From assembly GCA_963765675.1 (NCBI GenBank), contig CAVXXK010000001.1:928001-992000 (forward strand): a stretch of DNA of 64,000 nt, in the 5' to 3' direction. Origin of the DNA: an uncultured delta proteobacterium (GTDB lineage Bacteria; Desulfobacterota; Binatia; Binatales; Binataceae). Position 1 is the stretch's first letter. Each line of letters starts with the position of its first letter. The notes below the pieces were generated by a model. The model saw only the letters and a list, made by a program, of their open reading frames with translations, was not told where the DNA came from and made no database searches. The translations under genes were made by a program, and so were the position numbers. Shown piece after piece: positions 56,298 through 64,000 of this stretch.

Positions 56298-57287
56298 ATG
56301 GCCAAGACTCTACTGGCCGGCGATGTCGGCGGAACCAAGACACTGCTTGCGCTCTATCGGTCGGAAGAAACGTCGCCGCTGACGCTGGTCCGAAAGACTC
56401 GCTACACCAGTCATCAATATCCGGGGCTGGAGCAGGTCTGCGCCGAGTTCTTGAGCGAGGGGACGCACGTGGATGCGGCTGGCTTCGGCGTGCCGGGCCC
56501 CGTAATCGCAGGCGCGGCTGCTCCTAGCAATCTCCCCTGGAAGCTCGACGAGAAAAAAATCTCGGCCGCGCTCGGCGGCACTCGCGTGCGGCTCCTCAAC
56601 GATCTTGCGGCGACCGCGATGGGGGTGGTTAATCTCGCGCCCGAGGACTGCGAAATTATCCGCCCCGACGGCATGGGCGGCGCGCGGGGCAACGTAGCGG
56701 TGATCGCGGCAGGAACGGGACTCGGCGAATCGGCCCTGGCTTGGGAGAACGGGCGCTACTATCCGGTGGTCTCCGAGGGAGGCCATTCGGGCTTCGCGCC
56801 CGAGGGCGACGAGCAAATCGAGTTGCTGCGATTTCTCGCGCGCGAGTTCGGCCACGTGAGCTGCGAACGGGTCCTTTCCGGTCCGGGGCTCGTCAATGTG
56901 TACCGCTTCCTGCGCGCGCGCAGTCGCGTCGCGGAGCCCGAGTCGCTCGCCGCGGCGCTCGGCAGCGGCGATTCCGCAGCGGCGATCAGTGCAGCCGCCA
57001 TGGACGGGCGCGATAAAATCTGCGTTGACGCGCTCGCGATGTTTTGCGCAATCTACGGATCCGAAGCCGCCAACCTTGCGCTCAAGGTGCTGGCGATAGG
57101 CGGCGTGTACTTGTGCGGCGGAATCGCGCCAAAGATTTTGCCGGCGCTCAAGCGCGGCGAGTTCGCGCGAGGTTTTATCGGCAAGGGCCGGCTCGAACCG
57201 ATGCTCGAAAAAATCGCGGTGCGCGTCGTTATGAATCCTGAGGTTGCACTTCTGGGCGCGGCGCATTCCGCGCTCGCGATGCTGTGA
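56298..57287 (+). CDS. glk: glucokinase
   Basis: GDVGGTK, LLNDL, AGTGLG, SEGGH and GGIAPKI. Confidence 0.95.
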   Translation: MAKTLLAGDVGGTKTLLALYRSEETSPLTLVRKTRYTSHQYPGLEQVCAEFLSEGTHVDAAGFGVPGPVIAGAAAPSNLPWKLDEKKISAALGGTRVRLLNDLAATAMGVVNLAPEDCEIIRPDGMGGARGNVAVIAAGTGLGESALAWENGRYYPVVSEGGHSGFAPEGDEQIELLRFLAREFGHVSCERVLSGPGLVNVYRFLRARSRVAEPESLAAALGSGDSAAAISAAAMDGRDKICVDALAMFCAIYGSEAANLALKVLAIGGVYLCGGIAPKILPALKRGEFARGFIGKGRLEPMLEKIAVRVVMNPEVALLGAAHSALAML

Positions 57288-57337
57288 TGATAGAGTAGGA
57301 TTATTGACGCCCCACGTGCGGGGCAGAGGAAATTTCA

Positions 57338-58252
57338 ATGACCAAGCGAGTGCGCGAAATTCTTTCCTGGTACGATTCGGAAAACGCGGGCGTGCGCAGC
57401 AACCTCGCCCGGATGCTCAACCAGGGCAAGCTCGGCGGCACCGGCAAGTTCGTGATCCTGCCGGTCGATCAGGGCTTCGAGCATGGTCCCGCGCGCAGCT
57501 TCGCGCCCAATCCACCCGCCTACGATCCGCGCTATCATTTCGAGCTCGCGCTCGAGGCCGGATGCAACGCGTACGCGGCGCCGCTCGGGTTTATCGAGGC
57601 GGCGGTGACCGACTTCGCCGGCGAGATCCCGCTGATCCTGAAGCTCAACAATCACGACCTGCTATACGACGAGAAGGATCCCGCGCCCTCGGTGACGGGC
57701 AGCGTCAGGGACGCGCTCCAGCTCGGATGCTCCGCGGTCGGATTCACGATCTATCCGGGCTCGTCGCAATCCAAAACGATGTACCAGGAGCTGCGCCGGA
57801 TTGCGGAGGACGCGAAGGAGCACGGACTCGCCGTGGTGGTATGGGCCTATCCGCGCGGCTCGAGTATCAGCAAGGCCGGAGAGACCGCGATCGACGTGGT
57901 CGCGTACGCGGCGCAAATCGCGGCGCAGCTCGGGGCAAATATAATCAAAGTCAAACCTCCGACAGAGAATATCGAACAGCCGGAAGCGAAGAAGGCATAC
58001 GACGCGGCGAAGGTTCCGCTCGGCACACTCGCCGATCGGATTCGGCACGTCGTGCAGGCCGCGTTCGACGGCCGGAGGATTGTCATCTTTTCGGGCGGGG
58101 CCAAAGAATCCGACGAGCAGCTCCTAACTACTGTGCGCGGAATCCACGCGGGCGGCGGCTTCGGCTCGATTATCGGCCGCAACTCCTTCCAGCGCCCGAA
58201 GGCGGACGCGCTGAAGCTGCTCAATCAGGTGATCGACATCTACAAAAGCTGA
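57338..58252 (+). CDS. fbaB: class I fructose-bisphosphate aldolase
   Basis: ILPVDQGFEHGP, WAYPRG, IIKVK and IGRNSFQRP. Confidence 0.93.
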   Translation: MTKRVREILSWYDSENAGVRSNLARMLNQGKLGGTGKFVILPVDQGFEHGPARSFAPNPPAYDPRYHFELALEAGCNAYAAPLGFIEAAVTDFAGEIPLILKLNNHDLLYDEKDPAPSVTGSVRDALQLGCSAVGFTIYPGSSQSKTMYQELRRIAEDAKEHGLAVVVWAYPRGSSISKAGETAIDVVAYAAQIAAQLGANIIKVKPPTENIEQPEAKKAYDAAKVPLGTLADRIRHVVQAAFDGRRIVIFSGGAKESDEQLLTTVRGIHAGGGFGSIIGRNSFQRPKADALKLLNQVIDIYKS

Positions 58253-58285
58253 CGCCGATCGCGCTTCTCTCAGCCGGTGCGGCAA

Positions 58286-58528
58286 CACAGGCTAAAGCCT
58301 GTGCCACAAATGCTTAATCATATTCTTACCCGGACTGGTGTCGGGCTGCTTCTCGACGCTCAAGCCGCCGCTGCGCGACGACGGCCGGCGGGATGCCGTC
58401 CTACTGACTCTCTTCTTTCAGTAGCAGCCGACGGCCCTTTAAGCGTCATCTGTACGTGCCGACAAATCGCAGCGCAGCATCTCACCCGCCGTCTGATCAC
58501 TCGCGCCCTCTCCCGGAGGGAGAGGGTA
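58286..58528. repeat. cluster of REP-like elements from three families
   Basis: CACAGGCTAAAGCCTGTGCCAC (58286-58307), back-to-back GTAG-hairpin units (~58380-58450), and CTCACCC..CCCTCTCCCGGAGGGAGAGGG (~58481-58527). Confidence 0.7.
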
Positions 58529-58963
58529 TTAAGACATCTCCGTTCTTCCGATCACGCAATAGTCTGAGACATTCTCCTGATCGAACTGGCTATTGATGCC
58601 GTTATTCGATCTGACTATCGCCATCAGTTTTCGCCCTGCGAACAACAACTGTCGCTGCCTCCGACGCAGATCATACGGCGACGTTCGGAGACTCCTTTGA
58701 GTGGAAATCCATCCACGCAGCGCTGAAATAATATCTTCGTGCGAGCATAACGCGCCGAATAGTCAACTGTGGCTTCTCGATGGCCTCTCTTTTCTAACTG
58801 AACATACTCTACGCTTTGATGAGCATCCTATATTCAGCCCGGGCACCTACTTAGTATCCCGACACCAACATTTTTTATTGCGAACTAAGGAATTGCGCAG
58901 GTATTGTGATCTTTATTGCGAATATCCGACGCTCGGCGATGACTGATTCAAAGGGGGATCGCG

Positions 58964-60877
58964 ATGTCACCAAGGCAACAGCAGACAACTCTGCGCAAAT
59001 ACAATATCGACAACCGGTGGTTCCTGACATTACTAATTACGTTCGCATTTCTGATGGCTGCCTGCCACGGCGGCGGCAGTAGTTCGCATGCTATAGTCCG
59101 TCATACGGCGACCCCGACCGCAACGCCGACATCGACGCCCACCTTTACTCCAACGGTCACACCTACTTTGACTCCGACTCCCACTGCGACTTCGACGCCG
59201 ACTGCCACGCCGACGCCGACGCCGACACCGGCCCCGACTCCGATCGTGGTTTCTGTTTTTCCGCCTCTGTCGGGTTGTGGAGGCCAGGGCGTGGCGACTA
59301 ATCAAAAGATCATTGTGAGCTTCAATCAGCCGATGGATCCTACCACGCTGACGACCACAACCTTTACCGTGACCTCGCCGGGACCGACTTCGGTTCTGGG
59401 AACGGTGACCTACGATGCCTCCAATGATACTGCGATCTTTACGCCCGCCAGCTCGCTCGCGGTGAGTACTACATTCACTGGAGAGATTACCACGGGTACC
59501 AAGAGTGAAGCCGGAATTCCACTGGGTAATAACTTCGTATGGACCTTCGTGACTGGAGCCGGGGCTGACGCCGTTGCCCCAATTGTTCTGTCGACCAACC
59601 CGTCCAATCTTGGCACGGGTGTGCCGACTAACCAGAGCATCACCGCGGTGTTCAGCGAAGCTATGGATTCGACAACCATTACTGGAGCTACATTTACGCT
59701 GACCGATCCGAGCTCCAATCCGGTTGCAGGAACGGTGACCTATTCGGCGGTAGGCGCAACCGCGACGTTTTCTCCGACCAATCCTCTATCGGCGACGGGA
59801 TTGTACACCGCGACGATTACCACAGGCGCTACAGACCTCACCGGGAACGCACTGGCGACCGCTTATACCTGGACTTTCACGACCGGGACGGGGCCGGACA
59901 CCAGCGCGCCGACGATAACGCTGACCACGCCTGCCGGGGGCGCCACCGGCGTGGCTCCGAACGCGGCGATCAACGCAACCTTCAGCAAGGCGATGAATCC
60001 TTCGACACTTAACGCGGCGACTTTCACGCTGACGGGGCCCGGCCAAACTTCTATCGTCGGTAAAGTCACCTATGATGCGGCTGATTCGATCGTGACCTTT
60101 ACTCCCTCGAGCACGCTCGCGACTGGCACGCTGTACGATGCCACCATAAGAACCGGAGCTGCTGATCTGGAGGGCAACTCGCTGGCCTCCGACGATCCGT
60201 GGAGCTTCACTACCGGTTCTACCCCGAGTCTCTCGCCCGTCAACCTCGGAGCTGCCTCCGGATATGGGGCCTTGGCGCAAGCAACAATTACGAATGCTGG
60301 CGATACCGTGATCAATGGCGATATTGGCCTGGATCCAGGATCATCGATAACCGGATTCCCGCCAGGAATAGTGAACGGGACAATTCAACTTGACAACGCA
60401 CCCGCGATAGCGGCGCTCGCCTCGCTGACGAGTGCATACAACACGGCAGCCGGGCTTGCCGGTGCAACTGTGGTTGGCGAAAATCTGGCCACGCAGGTCC
60501 TGCCTCCGGGACTTTACACCTCGGCTGCAACCTCATTCGAGATAACCGGAGGAAACCTGACTCTCGACGGAGGCGGAGATACCAACGCGACCTGGATATT
60601 CCAGATGCCCTCGTCTACGTTGACTCTGACCACTCCTCTCTGCAGCGTTATACTGACTAATGGCGCACAGTTTTCGAATGTGTATTGGATTGTAGGTAGT
60701 TCAGCAACCGCCGGGGTTGACTGCGTCCTGGAAGGAAATGTGCTCGCCAACACTTCTATCACGATGAATACTGGCTCAACGCTGCAAGGGCGCGCATTAG
60801 GAGGCGCAATTGCTCCAAGCGGCGCGGTTTCACTGGATGCCACCAATCTTTCCGCAGTCGGCGCTTGTAACCAGTAG
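58964..60877 (+). CDS. lipoprotein with PT linker, three Big_5/SbsA Ig-like domains and C-terminal ice-binding (DUF3494) domain
   Basis: MAAC lipobox, (TP)n tract, three F(N/S)..M..T.....TFT repeats, and VNLGAA..A..TITN.G.TVINGD / LPPGLY / WIFQ / YWIVGSSAT. Confidence 0.9.
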   Translation: MSPRQQQTTLRKYNIDNRWFLTLLITFAFLMAACHGGGSSSHAIVRHTATPTATPTSTPTFTPTVTPTLTPTPTATSTPTATPTPTPTPAPTPIVVSVFPPLSGCGGQGVATNQKIIVSFNQPMDPTTLTTTTFTVTSPGPTSVLGTVTYDASNDTAIFTPASSLAVSTTFTGEITTGTKSEAGIPLGNNFVWTFVTGAGADAVAPIVLSTNPSNLGTGVPTNQSITAVFSEAMDSTTITGATFTLTDPSSNPVAGTVTYSAVGATATFSPTNPLSATGLYTATITTGATDLTGNALATAYTWTFTTGTGPDTSAPTITLTTPAGGATGVAPNAAINATFSKAMNPSTLNAATFTLTGPGQTSIVGKVTYDAADSIVTFTPSSTLATGTLYDATIRTGAADLEGNSLASDDPWSFTTGSTPSLSPVNLGAASGYGALAQATITNAGDTVINGDIGLDPGSSITGFPPGIVNGTIQLDNAPAIAALASLTSAYNTAAGLAGATVVGENLATQVLPPGLYTSAATSFEITGGNLTLDGGGDTNATWIFQMPSSTLTLTTPLCSVILTNGAQFSNVYWIVGSSATAGVDCVLEGNVLANTSITMNTGSTLQGRALGGAIAPSGAVSLDATNLSAVGACNQ

Positions 60878-60937
60878 AAGGCGGCTGTGAGAAGGAAGAC
60901 AAGACAAATCGAGTCTTAGCGTCGACCTATGGCGCCA

Positions 60938-60983
60938 GAAACGGCCGCAAAGCCTTGAGGAGGTTTGCGGCCGTTTCGTTTTT
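60938..60983 (+). terminator. intrinsic terminator
   Basis: GAAACGGCCGCAAA..TTTGCGGCCGTTTC followed by GTTTTT. Confidence 0.75.
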
Positions 60984-61259
60984 CCGTACTGGGCCAGAAT
61001 CAACTGCTCAAAAATAGCTCACTCTATTAGTTACCCGGCTCGGAGCAACGCAACCTATCTACTATATCCAGATTAGCTTGTCTCGTTCAGCAGGCCAGTT
61101 TCCATCGATCAAGTTTTTTATGGCGAGCATAGTCACTTGGTGTTAGCCTTTTTAAGCGCAATCGGAAGTACCCGTGCGGCGTCATCATGATCCGACCGCG
61201 TTAGTTGGATGGCGATGCGCGGCTTAAACGAGGTTTCCAGGAGGAAACGGGGAAGAAGT

Positions 61260-61940
61260 ATGCGAAACAAATCCGTTACGTACTTGGTATGTGTGGCGAT
61301 CCTGTCGATGCTGGCAGGATGCTCCTCGATGACGCCGCAGCAACAGCATTACACCGAGGCAGGAGCAGCCGGGGGCGCGCTTATCGGGGGAGGACTCGGA
61401 TGCGGGGTCGCCGCGATCAATAACGTCCATTCGGCCGAAGGCTACGAGATCGGATGCCCAACTGGCGTAGGAATGGGAGCTTTGATCGGTGGCACAATCG
61501 GATACCTGATGGCTCCAAAGCAGGTACAGGCAGCGCCACCGCCTCCACCACCACCGCCACCCTCGCCGGCTCCACTGCCTCCGCCCCCTCCAGTCAGACA
61601 GAAGCTGATCTTGCGCGGAGTACACTTTGACTTTAACAAGTCGAACATTCGTCCCGCCGACGCCGCCGTCCTGGATGAAGCCGTGACCGCACTGAAGGCG
61701 AATTCGAATACCAGGGTCGACGTCAATGGCTATACCGACGCGATTGGCTCCGAAGAGTACAATCTGAAGCTGTCACAGCGGCGCGCCGACTCGGTTGCCA
61801 ATTATCTTGAACAGCAAGGTGTTCCTTCAAGCCAACTGGTTACGCAGGGTTTCGGTAAAACGAACTTCGTCGCAAGCAACTCGAGCGACGAAGGGCGCGC
61901 TCAGAACCGCCGCGTCGAACTGGTGCCCGAAGGACAGTAA
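61260..61940 (+). CDS. OmpA-family lipoprotein
   Basis: LAGC lipobox, glycine zipper, poly-Pro, FDFNKS, GYTDAIG..YN..LSQRRA and NRRVE. Confidence 0.93.
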   Translation: MRNKSVTYLVCVAILSMLAGCSSMTPQQQHYTEAGAAGGALIGGGLGCGVAAINNVHSAEGYEIGCPTGVGMGALIGGTIGYLMAPKQVQAAPPPPPPPPPSPAPLPPPPPVRQKLILRGVHFDFNKSNIRPADAAVLDEAVTALKANSNTRVDVNGYTDAIGSEEYNLKLSQRRADSVANYLEQQGVPSSQLVTQGFGKTNFVASNSSDEGRAQNRRVELVPEGQ

Positions 61941-61963
61941 GTCCGGCGACATCGTTGATCCGA

Positions 61964-62004
61964 GAACGGCCGCAGACCCAAACGGGCCTGCGGCCGTTCC
62001 TTTT
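61964..62004 (+). terminator. intrinsic terminator
   Basis: GAACGGCCGCAG..CTGCGGCCGTTC followed by CTTTT. Confidence 0.75.
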
Positions 62005-62052
62005 CTAAGCGCGATTCGGGTTTTCAGATCCGGTTTAATGCGCTAAAGACGG

Positions 62053-62862
62053 ATGATGGCGACGATGGATTACAGTTCATATCAGCATCTGCTTTTCGAG
62101 CGTAAGGGCGACGGGATTCTGCTCATCACGATCAATCGTCCCGACGTTCTTAACGCCACCAATAATCGGCTGCACTGGGAGCTCTCCCACGTATGGCTCG
62201 ATATCGCGCAGGATGACGAGACCCGTGTCGTGGTCATCACCGGCGCGGGGCGCGCGTTCTCGGCGGGCGGTGATCTTCAGATGATCGAAGGGATGGCGGG
62301 AGACGCCGCCAATATCGGCAAGGCGTTCAAGGAAGCCGGCGATATCGTTTACAACATGATCAACCTCGAAAAGCCGATCATCTCCGCGATCAATGGCGTC
62401 GCGGTCGGCGCTGGACTCGCGGTCGCTTTCATGGCCGATATCAGCATCGCGTCGGAGACGATGCGTATCACCGACGGCCATCTGCGCCTGGGCGTCGCGG
62501 CGGGAGATCACGCGGTGATCATCTGGCCGCTTCTGTGCGGGATGGCGAAGGCGAAATACTATCTGCTTACCGCCGATTTTATCGACGGCAAAGAAGCCGA
62601 GCGGATCGGCCTGGTCAGCCTGTGCGTGCCCCCGGACAAGTTGATGGACAAGGCAATGGAAGTCGCGCTGAAGCTGGCGCGCGGCCCTCAGCAGGCGGTC
62701 AAGTTCACCAAGCGGGCGCTCAACAACTGGTTGCATCTCGCGGCGCCGGCCTTCGACGCCTCGCTCGCGATGGAGATGCTCAATTTCTTCAGCGCTGACT
62801 TGAAGGAAGGCGTAAGCGCGATCCGCGAGAGACGTGCTCCAAAATTCCCCAGTACAAAGTAG
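62053..62862 (+). CDS. enoyl-CoA hydratase/isomerase
   Basis: AFSAGGD, KPIISAINGVAVGAG and EAERIGLVS. Confidence 0.93.
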   Translation: MMATMDYSSYQHLLFERKGDGILLITINRPDVLNATNNRLHWELSHVWLDIAQDDETRVVVITGAGRAFSAGGDLQMIEGMAGDAANIGKAFKEAGDIVYNMINLEKPIISAINGVAVGAGLAVAFMADISIASETMRITDGHLRLGVAAGDHAVIIWPLLCGMAKAKYYLLTADFIDGKEAERIGLVSLCVPPDKLMDKAMEVALKLARGPQQAVKFTKRALNNWLHLAAPAFDASLAMEMLNFFSADLKEGVSAIRERRAPKFPSTK

Positions 62863-62869
62863 GCGAACG

Positions 62870-63892
62870 ATGAAGGCGTGTGTGTTCAAGGCGGCCGGCG
62901 CGCCGCTGGAAGTCGCCGAGGTTCCCGATCCCGTCGCAGGCCCCGGCGAGATTGTCGTGCGGGTCAAAAACTGCGGCGTATGCGGCTCCGATCTGCATGC
63001 AGCGAAATACGGCTTTCGAATGCCGCCCGGGACGATCATGGGCCATGAGTTTTCGGCTGTAGTCGATGAAATCGGCACGGGCGTCGCCGGCCTCGAGCGC
63101 GGCGACGCGGTGGTCGTGATGTCCTATCTCGCCTGCGGCATGTGCGATTCATGCAAGGGCGGAACGGGCGCTCAGTGCCGTGCGATGAGGCTGGTCGGCT
63201 TCGGCGACGTGGCGGGGGCCTACGCCGAGAAAATGAAAACTACGCCGCAAAGCGTCTTCAAGATGCCGCCCACGATGAATCATCGTCTCGGCGCGACGGT
63301 CGAGCCGCTGGTCGTCGGACTGCATGGGGTGCATCGCGCGGGGCTTCGCGCCGGCGAGTCGGTGGTGATCATGGGAGCCGGACCGATCGGTCTGGTCACT
63401 CTGCAATGGGCGAAATTTTCCGGCGCGCGCGCCATCGTCGTATCGGAAAGAGCGCCGGGCCGACGCGAGGTCGCGCTCAAGATGGGCGCGGACCTGGCGG
63501 TCGATCCGCGCGTCAAAAATCCTGCCTCAGAGCTCGCAAGGCTTACCGGACGTTCTGTCGGCGCCGACGTCGTGTTCGAGTGTATCGGCGCGGCGGGTAC
63601 CCTGGGCGAAGCGGTTTCCTATGCGCGCCGCGGAGGCAGAATCGTCGTGATTGGCGTGTGCATGGAAGAGGATAGCTGGGGACCGATTAGCGCAATGAAC
63701 AAGGAGCTCGATGTCCGCTTCAGCCTAGGGCTTGAGCCCGGCGAGATCGAAACCGCGATCGCGATGCTGGCGGCGGGGCGCGTCGATACCGCCGCGATGA
63801 TCACGAATATCGTCGCGATGCCGGACTTGCCGGCGGCATTTGCGGAGCTCGCGCGGCCAAGTACGCAGACCAAGGTGATGCTCGAGCTATAA
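62870..63892 (+). CDS. zinc-dependent alcohol dehydrogenase (MDR)
   Basis: CGSDLH, GHEF, four structural Cys and GAGPIG. Confidence 0.93.
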   Translation: MKACVFKAAGAPLEVAEVPDPVAGPGEIVVRVKNCGVCGSDLHAAKYGFRMPPGTIMGHEFSAVVDEIGTGVAGLERGDAVVVMSYLACGMCDSCKGGTGAQCRAMRLVGFGDVAGAYAEKMKTTPQSVFKMPPTMNHRLGATVEPLVVGLHGVHRAGLRAGESVVIMGAGPIGLVTLQWAKFSGARAIVVSERAPGRREVALKMGADLAVDPRVKNPASELARLTGRSVGADVVFECIGAAGTLGEAVSYARRGGRIVVIGVCMEEDSWGPISAMNKELDVRFSLGLEPGEIETAIAMLAAGRVDTAAMITNIVAMPDLPAAFAELARPSTQTKVMLEL

Positions 63893-63984
63893 GAATACGT
63901 GTGCGAGGGGCTTTTTTTGCGGGGGTCACTTCTGGAATAATGCCGGCTAACCGATTTACGCGCGAAATAACGGAGGGGACTGTA

Positions 63985-64000
63985 ATGAGGAAATTTGCGA
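63985..64000 (+). CDS. start of next gene (truncated by window)
   Basis: GGAGGGG RBS followed by ATG AGG AAA TTT GCG. Confidence 0.45.

Noticed and set aside
58701-58946. 81-aa ORF upstream of the ice-binding gene
   Set aside because: It has atypical composition, a GTG start without a clear RBS and no motifs; it is more likely promoter DNA.
59104-59243. ACGCCG-type tandem repeat
   Set aside because: It encodes the Thr-Pro linker of the ice-binding protein.

Overview
This is a high-GC, CGCG/CGATCG-rich bacterial chromosome segment. Composition and gene content resemble Candidatus Binatia / deltaproteobacteria-like soil bacteria, which is an inference only. It holds about 57 genes. Housekeeping and metabolic genes include pyrD, thyX, guaB, ddl, ribE, zwf-fbp-glk-fbaB and pcp. 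There is an Rrf2-yezD-porin-sbp-cysTWA sulfate uptake operon and a CoxD/CoxE-type AAA+/vWA pair. Two lower-GC defence-like inserts are present: a C5 MTase-DUF4928-Vsr unit and a Type IIG RM fusion gene. A ~10 kb cluster encodes vWA, FHA, Ser/Thr kinase and pseudokinase-PP2C proteins, and an Ig-repeat ice-binding lipoprotein sits next to an OmpA gene. No rRNA, tRNA, CRISPR array or transposase was seen. Four observations stand out. (1) A dispersed palindromic element occurs in 5 copies with fixed geometry: a conserved box, a 49-51 nt divergent insert, a box, a 16-nt loop, then the mirror image; it is often nested with other REP-like families. (2) A candidate leaderless 27-codon uORF runs through an intrinsic terminator and ends in the guaB Shine-Dalgarno, suggesting attenuation. 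(3) The kinase/FHA/vWA cluster carries many T-x-x-L/I candidate FHA-docking motifs and a pseudokinase-phosphatase fusion. (4) A decayed duplicate of the HAD gene 3' end flanks an apparently inserted UDP-4-keto-pentose/UDP-xylose synthase gene.
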